DNA from: Lachnospiraceae bacterium
Lineage (GTDB): Bacteria; Bacillota; Clostridia; Lachnospirales; Lachnospiraceae
NCBI GenBank assembly: GCA_017552715.1
Contig: JAFZOW010000129.1
Location: 14,954-78,953 of the forward strand
DNA: 64,000 bases
Direction of reading: 5' to 3'
Made by a program: the position numbers and the translations under genes
The notes under the pieces: generated by a model
The model's input: only the letters and a program-made list of their open reading frames with translations
Told to the model about the DNA's origin: nothing
Databases searched by the model: none
In this document: piece after piece, positions 45,151 through 54,518 of the stretch
How the letters are laid out: every line of letters starts with the position of its first letter
How positions within the stretch are numbered: position 1 is the stretch's first letter

Positions 45151-46407
45151 TTACTCCGGTTGATTTTGATACTGCGCCCGGTATTCGGAGGGCGTCATAC
45201 CCGTATTCTTTTTAAAGATATAGCTGAAATAATGGGCATCGTTATATCCCGCTTCCCGGGCAACCTGGGAGCTTTTCATACCGCTTTCACGGAGCAGTTC
45301 CTTCGCTTTGTTAAGGCGCAGATAGATCAGGTATTCCGTAAAGGTCTGGCCGTTCTGCTGGGAAAACACGGTGGAGAAGCGGCTCTTGCTCATGTTCACC
45401 GCTTGGGCCACATCCTGGAGCATCAGGTTTGGATTGGAATAATTCTGAGCCATGTACAGCTTTGCTTCGCTTATAATGGAAGATACCTGTGTTTCATCCT
45501 CCACACCTCCCATCTCCCGGGTACCCAGGATGATGGCCTGTTCCTCCGTACGCTGCACCAGCAGATGCCTTATATGCCGGGCGGTCTTAAAGCTGTGCAG
45601 GATCTCCTCCGGCCGGTCCACGATATCGCCGATACCCACACGGATGGCACTGCATTCGCAGCGCTCCAGTTCCCGTGCCAGGGAAGAGGAAAAACTGTAG
45701 GCCATCTCCTCCGCATCCTCTGCAGTGTTTCCCAGCACCAGAAGCCTTGTTCCGGTACGGCTTGCGGAAGTATGTACGATGCCGCCGCTGGTCTCGGCAA
45801 GGGAGGAGGCGGCCTCCTGGCCGGTTCCCGTAGGTGTAAAAGCAGCGTCCACCACAGTATAGTAGGGAGCGGGAACAGGGCAGCCCATGGCCGCCAGCTC
45901 CTTTAAAACGTTCTGCGCATCTTCTTCCGCGGAATCATCCGTAAAGAGGGAGCCGATCAGTTTTTCCTTCAGGAATTTTCCGCCGCCCTCCATACGTGCG
46001 CGGAGGCTTGCGGCGTGCTCCAGGGCCTTACGCTCTTCCTTAAGCTGATTGCTTACCTTATCCAGCACTTCCCGCAGATCCGCGGCATTGATGGGTTTTA
46101 AGAGATATTCCCGTACACCCAGCTGTATGCACTGACGGGCATATTCAAATTCATCGTAACCGCTTAAGACGATGATGCCGATCCAGGGCATCTGGGTGCA
46201 GAGGGTACGGCACAGCTCCAGACCATCCATGAAAGGCATGCGTATGTCCGTGATCACGATATCGGGATTGGTATCGCGTATCATGGGAAGAGCCATCTCT
46301 CCGTCCGGTGCTTCGCCCACCAGCGTATAAGGCGTGTCATCCCAGGGGAAGGATTCACGTATCCCTTCCCTTACAACGATCTCATCATCAGCCAGAAATA
46401 CTTTCAT
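45151..46407 (-). CDS. response regulator with AraC-type HTH (YesN-like)
   Basis: MKVFLADDEIVVREG...DIVITDIRMPFMDG. C-terminal HTH reads ...FSTVFSQQNGQTFTEYLIYLRLNKAKELL...AGYNDAHYFSYIFKK. Confidence 0.9.
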   Translation of the reverse strand: MKVFLADDEIVVREGIRESFPWDDTPYTLVGEAPDGEMALPMIRDTNPDIVITDIRMPFMDGLELCRTLCTQMPWIGIIVLSGYDEFEYARQCIQLGVREYLLKPINAADLREVLDKVSNQLKEERKALEHAASLRARMEGGGKFLKEKLIGSLFTDDSAEEDAQNVLKELAAMGCPVPAPYYTVVDAAFTPTGTGQEAASSLAETSGGIVHTSASRTGTRLLVLGNTAEDAEEMAYSFSSSLARELERCECSAIRVGIGDIVDRPEEILHSFKTARHIRHLLVQRTEEQAIILGTREMGGVEDETQVSSIISEAKLYMAQNYSNPNLMLQDVAQAVNMSKSRFSTVFSQQNGQTFTEYLIYLRLNKAKELLRESGMKSSQVAREAGYNDAHYFSYIFKKNTGMTPSEYRAQYQNQPE

Positions 46408-47857
46408 GTTCGTCTATCTCCTCACGGGTTCTGCGGGGCACCCGGAAACTCACCTCGGTCCCTTCCGCATTGCTTTTTATCCGCAGGCCATCCTGCCGGT
46501 TATAATACAGTCGCAGCCGCATGTTCACATTGACCAGTCCGAAACCGCCGCCGCCTTCGCTGACGCTGGGCTGTCCTTTTTTCATCCGTTCCGTCAGTTC
46601 CCGGAGCTGTTCGTTGCTCATTCCCGCTCCCGTATCGCTGACGCAGAATTCCAGCTCCCCGTTGGGCAGTTCTTTGGCGCTAACACGTATCAGGCCGCCG
46701 CCGCGCTTGATCTTCAGGCCGTGATAAAGAGCATTTTCCACCAGGGGCTGCAGCAGCAGCTTTAAGATATACACTTCTCCTATACCGTCCGGGATGTCGA
46801 TCTCGTAGCGCATGATATCCCGGTAGCGGGTCTGCTGGATCTTAAGATAACCTTCGATATGTTTTTTCTCCTGGCTTACGGGGATCCAGTCCGCACCGGA
46901 GGAAAGGCTGATACGGAAGAAGTCGCTCAAAGCGCTGGTCAGCTGTATGACCTCGTCCTTGTCACCCGCCTCCGCCTTCCAGACGATGGCATCCAGAGTG
47001 TTATAAAGGAAATGGGGATTGATCTGGGCCTGAAGGGTTCTCAGCTCCGCCTTTCTCAGCTTCCGGGCATCCTGATTGCTCTTTTCCATCATCTCTTCCA
47101 GACGGTCCGCCATGGTATTTACCTGCAGCGTAAGGTTCCGCAGTTCCGTCACGTCGGTATCCGTGATCCTGGCATCCAGCGTTCCTTCCGCCAGCCTTTC
47201 CGTAACTTCCTCCAGGCGTTCGATGGGGCGTTTGACAAAGAGGGCAGTGGTCTTCACGGAACGGTTCCGGAACCACAGGGCACCGATGACGATCAGAACC
47301 TCCGCTACGGCGGTCACGACGATCACAAGCAGCAGATCCAGGCTCATGCGTGCAGTTGAAGTGATCTCGCCGGCTATGTACTCGTTCAGCATGCTGTCCA
47401 CAAGGCTGGCCACATCGCGGACTTCCGCAAGGATCTCCTCATTCTGCACCACGGGAAGCTCATCGGCGATATTGTCACGGATGTCATCCACATACTGCTC
47501 CAGGGTCTGCATGGTACGTCCCGCCACGATCAGGGACAGACGGTTTTCCGCGCCGGTCTTTTCGGTGATCTCTTCTATGGTGGCGTTCACTTCGTGGAGC
47601 TTCGGATAGATCCCGCTTTCCTGAACGCTTTCCTGGCCGCTTACGATGTTCCAGGCACTGCCGGGGATCTCTTCCGCCACTACGGTCTTCAGTGTGGTGA
47701 TGGTCTCCATACGCACGATGGAGCTGTGATATTTCAGTGCATAGAAGATCATGAGCAGCAGACTGATGATGATGGGACTCACCAGCATCAGCACCAGGCT
47801 GTGGCTTAAGTCATTGATACGACCGAGTATGCTTTTTTCTTTTTTGATCCGTTCCAT
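46388..47857 (-). CDS. sensor histidine kinase (2 TM, HAMP, His_kinase, HATPase_c; LytS/YesM-like)
   Basis: LRTLQAQINPHFLYNTLDAI, VSDTGAGMS. It overlaps the regulator gene by 20 nt. Confidence 0.9.
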   Translation of the reverse strand: MERIKKEKSILGRINDLSHSLVLMLVSPIIISLLLMIFYALKYHSSIVRMETITTLKTVVAEEIPGSAWNIVSGQESVQESGIYPKLHEVNATIEEITEKTGAENRLSLIVAGRTMQTLEQYVDDIRDNIADELPVVQNEEILAEVRDVASLVDSMLNEYIAGEITSTARMSLDLLLVIVVTAVAEVLIVIGALWFRNRSVKTTALFVKRPIERLEEVTERLAEGTLDARITDTDVTELRNLTLQVNTMADRLEEMMEKSNQDARKLRKAELRTLQAQINPHFLYNTLDAIVWKAEAGDKDEVIQLTSALSDFFRISLSSGADWIPVSQEKKHIEGYLKIQQTRYRDIMRYEIDIPDGIGEVYILKLLLQPLVENALYHGLKIKRGGGLIRVSAKELPNGELEFCVSDTGAGMSNEQLRELTERMKKGQPSVSEGGGGFGLVNVNMRLRLYYNRQDGLRIKSNAEGTEVSFRVPRRTREEIDEHESISG

Positions 47858-47865
47858 ACAGTGTT

Positions 47866-48846
47866 TCAGTATCCTCTGGGAGGGATGCTCCCGGTATCCT
47901 GTTCATCGGAAAAGAACTGTTCGTCGGGATGGATCACGGGATCGACGCTTTCCCCGGCCTTCAGCTTCAGGGCAGTCTCCATGAGTTCCTTACCCAGCTT
48001 CGGGGTGCACTCCACCACGCAGTTGATCCGGCCTTCCTTCAATACATCTATGGCCTTCTGTCCGGCATCTATGGAGATGATGATCATATCGCTGCCGGGA
48101 ACATATCCTGCCTTTTCGATCTCCGGCAGGGCTCCCAGGGTCATCTCGTCATTATGGCTGTATACAACATCGATCTTATCACCGTAGGATTCCAGCAGCG
48201 AGCGCATGCATTCCGCCCCCCGGCTCTTGAGGAAATCCCCGTCGATGCTCTCCAGCACCCGCATGCGTTTATCGTCCTTTATGGTATCCATAAAGCCTGC
48301 CTGACGCTGCCGCATGGGGGTGGAATTCTCCGTCCCCGTGATCTCCACGATGTTCACCTGGCTTAAGCCCAGGCTGTCTGCCTTGCGGATCAGATATTCC
48401 CCGGCCATAACGCCCTCATGGTAAAAATCCGCTCCGATCACACAGGTAGTCAGACCCTCCTTTTCGGTGCTGATGTCCCGGTCCACCAGTATCACAGGGA
48501 TGCCGGCGTTCTTAGCTTCCAGGAGCACATTGTCCCAGCCGTCTTCCACGATGGGGGAGAATGCGATCACATCTACTTTATAAGCGATAAAACGCCGGAT
48601 GGCCGCGATCTGGTTTTCCTGTTTCTGGTTCGCATCCTCCAGCATCAGGCTCACATCGTAATTCCCGGCCTGTTCTTCTATATCCCGCGTATTCCCGATT
48701 CGCCAGGCACTCTCGGCACCGATCTGGCTGAAGCCCAGAAGGAGCTTCGGATCGTTAGCCGCTTCGTTTTCCGCTCCGCAGCCCGCCCCGAAAATGATGA
48801 GCAGGAGGCATGATAATATGAATAAAAGCTTAGAAGGTTTTCTCAT
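47866..48846 (-). CDS. periplasmic sugar-binding lipoprotein acting as the sensor partner of the kinase (XylFII-like)
   Basis: MRKPSKLLFILSCLLLIIFGAGCGAEN lipobox followed by a PBP-I fold. It sits 8 nt upstream of the kinase and has no transporter genes of its own. The ORF track extends to 48924. Confidence 0.8.
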   Translation of the reverse strand: MRKPSKLLFILSCLLLIIFGAGCGAENEAANDPKLLLGFSQIGAESAWRIGNTRDIEEQAGNYDVSLMLEDANQKQENQIAAIRRFIAYKVDVIAFSPIVEDGWDNVLLEAKNAGIPVILVDRDISTEKEGLTTCVIGADFYHEGVMAGEYLIRKADSLGLSQVNIVEITGTENSTPMRQRQAGFMDTIKDDKRMRVLESIDGDFLKSRGAECMRSLLESYGDKIDVVYSHNDEMTLGALPEIEKAGYVPGSDMIIISIDAGQKAIDVLKEGRINCVVECTPKLGKELMETALKLKAGESVDPVIHPDEQFFSDEQDTGSIPPRGY

Positions 48847-48989
48847 AAAGCGTGACCTTTCCGTCTTATGTTCCACTGACCGGACAAAAAAATTGTAAAG
48901 GAGACTGGGAAAACTGTCAATCATCTGGGGAGCAGTCCGGCCCGATTTTTCTCTTGAAAGTATCGGGCGGCTGTTTTACAATATACTTT

Positions 48990-50069
48990 ATGATAAAGAG
49001 ATTTGCTCAACTGCTCAGGCAGGGGTCTAAGGAAGGTGCGTTTGACAACCTTCTCCTGCTGCTTCGTTTTGTACTGCTGTGCATGATCCCCTACATGATC
49101 ACCATGGGCGTGATCCTTATGATCCGCGGGGTAGTGAGCTATGCACTGCTGTCCTTTCTGTTTGCACTTTCCTTTTTATCCTGCATGATCCTTAGCTACA
49201 AAGTGGGTGTGCGGGGCCTTACCCTTACGGCAGCGATCCTGATCGATATCTATTCCGTGATCTGTGCCGTATGCTTCGGAGCGGCCGCCAGTTTTCAGCA
49301 GCTGCTGCTCTTAAGCCTTTTCATCTTCTGGTACGATATCACCCGCAGCACTCCGCGAAAGATCTTCTTAAGCCTTTTAAGCCTGGCTGCACTGTGTTAT
49401 ATACGAGCCGCCGAGCTGTCGGAGAATCCCGTGCTGGATCCCGGCACTCTGGGCTATACCATCATCACCTATACCAATAATGTTTTCTGTATACTCCTGC
49501 TCTCGGTCATAGCCTGGTTCTTCTGCACACAGTTTGCCGAAGCCGAACGCAAGCTCTTCCTCTCCAACCGGGAACTGCGGAAGATCTCCCATACCGATCC
49601 TCTGACCCATCTCATGAACCGCCGCTTTGCGGAGGAGGAATTCGAAGTACTGGAAAAGAACTACGGCAGGAAGGGAGAATTCATCAGCGTTGCCATCGGG
49701 GATATCGACTTTTTCAAGCGCGTGAACGATACCTACGGCCACGATGCGGGGGACTATGTACTGGAGGCCCTTGCCGCGGTCTTTGAAAATTTCATGAAAG
49801 ACAAAGGTTTTGTGGTACGCTGGGGCGGCGAGGAATTCCTCTTCGTCTTCGAGCATTCCAACGGAGATGACGCCTATTCCGCTCTGGAGGCACTGCGTAA
49901 ACGCATCGAACGTGCCCAGCTGCGTTATAAGGAACGCCCCATCTCCGTGACCATGACCTTCGGTGTGGAAGAATACGGCTACTCAAACGGCATGACCGCT
50001 GCCATCGAAGCCGCCGACAAAAAACTCTACAAGGGAAAAGAAGACGGCCGGAACCGCGTAGTTTACTGA
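48990..50069 (+). CDS. membrane-anchored diguanylate cyclase (multi-TM N-terminus + GGDEF)
   Basis: DPLTHLMNRRFAEEEF...AIGDIDFFKRVNDTYGHDAGD...RWGGEEFLFVF. The start is uncertain: ATG at 48990 versus GTG at 48852. The GTG would lie only 5 nt from the divergent gene start. Confidence 0.8.
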   Translation: MIKRFAQLLRQGSKEGAFDNLLLLLRFVLLCMIPYMITMGVILMIRGVVSYALLSFLFALSFLSCMILSYKVGVRGLTLTAAILIDIYSVICAVCFGAAASFQQLLLLSLFIFWYDITRSTPRKIFLSLLSLAALCYIRAAELSENPVLDPGTLGYTIITYTNNVFCILLLSVIAWFFCTQFAEAERKLFLSNRELRKISHTDPLTHLMNRRFAEEEFEVLEKNYGRKGEFISVAIGDIDFFKRVNDTYGHDAGDYVLEALAAVFENFMKDKGFVVRWGGEEFLFVFEHSNGDDAYSALEALRKRIERAQLRYKERPISVTMTFGVEEYGYSNGMTAAIEAADKKLYKGKEDGRNRVVY

Positions 50070-50133
50070 TAATATGGGCTCTGCAAAGCTCCTGCTGTTG
50101 ACTTTAAGAGACGGAAACGCTAAAATATAAGAG

Positions 50134-50772
50134 ATGATCGATTATAAACAACTGGAAAAACAGATACGGGATACGGCTAAGGAAGAAAACGGACTTCTTC
50201 CCATGTTTTCCAATGCTGCCGCGATCCTTATGGATGGTGTACCCGGACTCAACTGGGTCGGTTTTTATATGGTGGATGAAGAAGGTTTCCATCTGGGGCC
50301 TTTCCAGGGTAAACCCGGGCGTCCCCGCATTCCTTCCGGCAAGGGTCTGTGCAGCCTGGCGGCAAAAAAGAACGATATGGTCTATGCCCCCGATGTACAT
50401 GAACAGCCCGAATTCCTTCCCGGCGATCCGGCAACGGACAGCGAAGTGATCTTTCCCCTCCGTAATGAAGGAAAGGTAGTGGCTGTCCTGGTAATGGACA
50501 GCCCTGTCTTAAACCGTTTTTCGGTGGTAGACCGGGATAACCTGCGCCGTATGGCAGGCCTGGTGGAAAAGAATACGAATTTCTCCGGTACGGAAAAGAC
50601 CGCAGCAGCCGAAAAGAAGGCTCCCCCCAAGGAGCACAGCATGCCTTTCGAGCTTTGGCTCTACGCCATCAAGGGTATGGCCCAGACCTACGAAATGGTG
50701 GAACCCATCTTTTCCCAGCTTTCGGAAAAGGAAAAGAAAAGTCTGCGGGACGAATACGAAAAGACCGCATAA
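50134..50772 (+). CDS. GAF-domain protein related to free methionine-(R)-sulfoxide reductase, with a ~60-aa C-terminal extension
   Basis: The GAF core reads LNWVGFYMVDEEGFHLGPFQGKPGRPRIPSGKGLCSLAA...DSEVIFPL. Two of the three family cysteines appear to be substituted. Confidence 0.65.
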   Translation: MIDYKQLEKQIRDTAKEENGLLPMFSNAAAILMDGVPGLNWVGFYMVDEEGFHLGPFQGKPGRPRIPSGKGLCSLAAKKNDMVYAPDVHEQPEFLPGDPATDSEVIFPLRNEGKVVAVLVMDSPVLNRFSVVDRDNLRRMAGLVEKNTNFSGTEKTAAAEKKAPPKEHSMPFELWLYAIKGMAQTYEMVEPIFSQLSEKEKKSLRDEYEKTA

Positions 50773-50803
50773 AAACCGCCTCATAATACTCAGTATATAA
50801 GAC

Positions 50804-50833
50804 GGCGCCCCGCTTTCGCGGAGCGCCTTTCTT
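50804..50833 (+). terminator. terminator between convergent genes
   Basis: GGCGCCCCGC-tttc-GCGGAGCGCC (9 of 10 bp paired) followed by TTTCTT. Confidence 0.7.
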
Positions 50834-50865
50834 AATGAAACGTATTGCTTTACTTTTTTACCGGA

Positions 50866-52584
50866 TCACTCCAGAGTGACCTTGTCGCCGTACAGGGCTT
50901 CCCATGCGGAGGTACGCTCATCGATGATCGCCTGGCCGCCGGCCGTGAGGTAATCTGCCATAAGCTCATCCCACTTGGCATCAAACTCTTCGGGCTTGCA
51001 GGACATGCAGGTATCGTAGATGATGTTTCTCTTTGCATTCAGAGCTTCGCCCATTCCCGTCTCAGCCTCGATGCTGGTGATCTTGGAGTTCTTGGTAGGT
51101 CTCTTGCCGCTGTTGGCCACCTTGTTTGCCTTGTCAACATCCTCGGGATCGCAGGGAGGATAGTTGTTGTTCAGGGACTTGCTGGTCAGCTCATCCGTGG
51201 AAAGGTGAAGTCCGTTGCAGGTGATGGTCATATCAATGTTCTGGCCGGAGTTCATGATGGCTTCGCCGGTAGCTGCCATGAAGGAATAAGATCCGTCAGC
51301 ATTCTTGGTATGTGTAACACCTTCGTCACCACACTGCAGATACTCGATATGTACGGGATCGGAGATCCAGTCAAGGTAGAGCAGGCTGGCCAGAGGCTCG
51401 TCGTTGGTGGTCGGGAAGAAGATCTTTCTGTCACCTGCGGTGGAGTCGCAGTACTTGATGTATTCGCCGTTGGAAGCTTCAAAGCAGTCAACAGCCACAT
51501 ACTTCGCATCGTCGCCTACCAGTCTCTTCAGGTTGGCCTGGATGGAATCCTCACCGCCTCTGAAAGGATAATCCCAGTTGTGCATGAATGCGCCTACATA
51601 ACCGGCCTTCATGTTGTCGTCTTCCACGGTATCGCCGTCATGAAGCACGAACTCATCCCACATAAGGCCTTCGTTATACCACTGGTTCAGGATCTTGATG
51701 GCTTCCTTGGTGCCGTTCTCGGTAAGCTTTCTGTCGTCAAAGCCGTTCACATAGAACTCTTTGTCGCTGATGTTGGGATCCATCTTGGATTCGATGAGCA
51801 GAGCCGCTCTCCAGCCTACGTCTACGGAGCAGGAGAAAGGAACCATCTTATCGGCATCCCCGCCAAGCAGGGTGGCTGCGTTATCCTTGAAGGCTACCAG
51901 CATGTTATAGAACTCTTCCGTAGTGGTGGGCTCTGCAAGCTCCAGCTTGTCCAGCCAGTCCTTACGGACGAAGGTCACGATACGGTTGTTGTTGGCGCGC
52001 TTTCCTTCCAGAGCCCAGAGGGTTCCGTCGGTCACGCTCTTATCCCAGTACATATTGGTGGTTCCCAGCCAGTCCCAAAGGTGAGGCAGGTCGTTCTTGT
52101 TATCCACTACCAGGTTCTGCAGATCGATCACACCGCCCATGTCTGCATAGGTCTGGATGGTAGGATAAGAATAGGTCAGGCAGATGTCGGGAGCCGTGCC
52201 GGCTGCCAGCAGGTTGTTGATCTCATCCACCTCAGTCCAGCGGGGAACTGCTACGAATTCCACTTCAACGTTGTGATCCGCAAGCATACCCTTCTTGATG
52301 TAATCGGTGTACATGTTGTTGGTAGGATCGGAACCGCCGTCATTTCCGCGGTCATAAACTTCCACGGTGATATGACGGGTCTCGGTGAACTTGCCGTCCA
52401 CCAGCTCCTCACTGCTTCCGCCTTCGATCTCGGTTCCGTCGCCCTCATAGGTATCCTGGGTGACAGGCTGTGTCTGATCGGGCACACCCGTGCCGGTAGG
52501 CTCGGCAGCAGGCTTGTTCCCGCAGGCAGCTGTGGAAATGACCATTATACCGGCGAGAATGAATGACATGATCCTCTTTTTCAT
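50866..52584 (-). CDS. large extracellular solute-binding lipoprotein (ABC family-1 SBP)
   Basis: MKKRIMSFILAGIMVISTAACGNK lipobox. 572 aa, the same class as 6061..7782. Confidence 0.85.
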   Translation of the reverse strand: MKKRIMSFILAGIMVISTAACGNKPAAEPTGTGVPDQTQPVTQDTYEGDGTEIEGGSSEELVDGKFTETRHITVEVYDRGNDGGSDPTNNMYTDYIKKGMLADHNVEVEFVAVPRWTEVDEINNLLAAGTAPDICLTYSYPTIQTYADMGGVIDLQNLVVDNKNDLPHLWDWLGTTNMYWDKSVTDGTLWALEGKRANNNRIVTFVRKDWLDKLELAEPTTTEEFYNMLVAFKDNAATLLGGDADKMVPFSCSVDVGWRAALLIESKMDPNISDKEFYVNGFDDRKLTENGTKEAIKILNQWYNEGLMWDEFVLHDGDTVEDDNMKAGYVGAFMHNWDYPFRGGEDSIQANLKRLVGDDAKYVAVDCFEASNGEYIKYCDSTAGDRKIFFPTTNDEPLASLLYLDWISDPVHIEYLQCGDEGVTHTKNADGSYSFMAATGEAIMNSGQNIDMTITCNGLHLSTDELTSKSLNNNYPPCDPEDVDKANKVANSGKRPTKNSKITSIEAETGMGEALNAKRNIIYDTCMSCKPEEFDAKWDELMADYLTAGGQAIIDERTSAWEALYGDKVTLE

Positions 52585-52656
52585 TTTTCCTTTTCCTCCT
52601 TTTAAGCTTATATTTTGCGGCGCCCTGCCGTCAAAACCGTTTGAATGAAATGCAGC

Positions 52657-53544
52657 TTACTCTTTCACTGCACCCAGGGTAACACCCTGAATGAAATACT
52701 TCTGCAGGCCCGGGTAGATGCAGAGGATGGGGATCGTGGAGAACATTACGATCGCGGCCTTTAAGGATTCCTGCAGACCCGGAGAAGAGAATCCTTCCTG
52801 TGTGGCCACTTCCACCTGATTGATATTATTGAGGATGTTGTAAAGCAGAAGCTGCAGCGGGTAATAATCCTTATCCTTCATATACATCAGTGCATCCGAA
52901 TAACCGTTCCATCTTCCTACAGCATAGAACAGGGCCAGGGTAGCCAGCACCGGCTTGGAAAGCGGGATGTAGATCTTGGTAAGCACCGTAAAATAGCTGG
53001 CTCCGTCCATCTCTGCCGACTCACGGAGGGAATCGGGAACTCCGTAGAAGAAGCTGCGGAGTATGATCATATTGTATACACTCAGGACCCCGGGTACGAT
53101 GAGCACCAGCGGATTGTCCAGAAGGTTGAGCTTCTGCATAAGCAGGTAGTTGGGAATGGTACCTGCGTTGAAGAACATGGTGATGGTGATGAACATATTG
53201 ATCACCTTCCGCCCCTTAAGCTGAGCAAAGATAAGAGGGAAGGCACAGATCGTGCTCATCGTAAGGCTGGCCACCGTGCAGATAGCGGTCAGGATCACCG
53301 TCCAGAAAAAGGCACGGATGTATTTCGCGTCGGAAAGCACCGTGGTATAGGCTTCAAAGTTCAGTCCCTTGGGCCACAGATACACCTCATGCTTCACCAG
53401 ATAGTCCGTTCCGGACAGGGATCTGGCCAGAAGGTTGACCATGGGGAGCAGACAGATGACCGCTATGATCAGGCAGACGAATACGATCACCGCATCGCCG
53501 ATCCGTGTTCTGAATGAATGTATTTCTCTGCTGGTTTCTTCCAT
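52657..53544 (-). CDS. carbohydrate ABC transporter permease (CUT1, LplC-like)
   Basis: 295 aa, 6 TM helices, with an EAA-like loop (...ESAEMDGASYFTVLTKIYIPLSKP). Confidence 0.9.
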   Translation of the reverse strand: MEETSREIHSFRTRIGDAVIVFVCLIIAVICLLPMVNLLARSLSGTDYLVKHEVYLWPKGLNFEAYTTVLSDAKYIRAFFWTVILTAICTVASLTMSTICAFPLIFAQLKGRKVINMFITITMFFNAGTIPNYLLMQKLNLLDNPLVLIVPGVLSVYNMIILRSFFYGVPDSLRESAEMDGASYFTVLTKIYIPLSKPVLATLALFYAVGRWNGYSDALMYMKDKDYYPLQLLLYNILNNINQVEVATQEGFSSPGLQESLKAAIVMFSTIPILCIYPGLQKYFIQGVTLGAVKE

Positions 53545-53558
53545 GACGGCTCGACCTC

Positions 53559-54506
53559 CTACATTATTCCGCGTTCGCCCATCTTACGGGAGAACCAGTT
53601 AGCGAGTAAAAGGAATATCACATTCACAATGGACTGGAACAGGCCTACCGCGGTAGTAAGGGAGAACTGCAGGGCCTTGATACCGTATTTATACACAAAG
53701 GTCGAGATAACTTCCGCGTTCTGCATGACCAGGTTATTCTGCAGAGCAAAGGGACGGTCGAAGTTGGAACCCAGCACATTACCGAGGGCCAGGATCAGCA
53801 GCACCACGATGGTGGGCCTTATACCCGGAAGAGTGATATGCCACATCTTCTGCCATCTTGTTGCTCCGTCCACGGAAGCCGCTTCATACAGCTCGGGAGA
53901 GATGCCCGAAATGGCTGCCAGATAGATGATGGAGTTCCATCCGAAGGACTGCCATATACCGAGGCCGATATAGGTCTTTACCCAGTTGGATCCGTCCTCC
54001 AAGAAGTGGATCGGTTCAAAGCCCATCTTCTGGATGACCATGTTGATGAGACCGCTGGAAGGTGTAAAGAGCTGCAGTGCCAGTCCGTAGATGATGACCC
54101 AGGAAAGGAAGTGGGGCATGTAAGCTATGGTCTGCACGGTCTTCTTAAAGAACTTCAGCCGCAGTTCGTTCAGCAGCAGTGCGAAGATGATTGGTACCGG
54201 GAAACCGACGATGATGTCGAGCAGGTTTAAGAAGATGGTATTCCGCAGTGCATAGATGAAATCCTTATTCTGGAAAGCCTTGATGAAATACTCAAAGCCG
54301 TGATTCTTCGCCCAGGGCATCTCGGACACGCTCTGAACGATACTGTACTTCTTGAATGCGATCAGAACATAGTACATGGGGCTGTACTTGAACACCGCAA
54401 AATACACAAGGGGGACCAGCAAAAGAACATACAGCTGCCAGTATCTTTTAATATATCTCATGATCCCGCTTTTATTGGTATTGTCTTTTGTCTCTACCTT
54501 GATCAC
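53559..54506 (-). CDS. carbohydrate ABC transporter permease (CUT1, LplB-like)
   Basis: 315 aa, with the EAA loop YEAASVDGATRWQKMWHITLPGIRP. Confidence 0.9.
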   Translation of the reverse strand: MIKVETKDNTNKSGIMRYIKRYWQLYVLLLVPLVYFAVFKYSPMYYVLIAFKKYSIVQSVSEMPWAKNHGFEYFIKAFQNKDFIYALRNTIFLNLLDIIVGFPVPIIFALLLNELRLKFFKKTVQTIAYMPHFLSWVIIYGLALQLFTPSSGLINMVIQKMGFEPIHFLEDGSNWVKTYIGLGIWQSFGWNSIIYLAAISGISPELYEAASVDGATRWQKMWHITLPGIRPTIVVLLILALGNVLGSNFDRPFALQNNLVMQNAEVISTFVYKYGIKALQFSLTTAVGLFQSIVNVIFLLLANWFSRKMGERGIM

Positions 54507-54518
54507 CCTGGGCCTCCT

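Noticed and set aside
48852-48989. GTG start at 48852 for the + strand GGDEF gene.
   Set aside because: It would place the start 5 nt from the divergent lipoprotein gene start, leaving no promoter space. The extra 46 aa are not membrane-like. The ATG at 48990 is preferred, though without a strong RBS, so this is uncertain.
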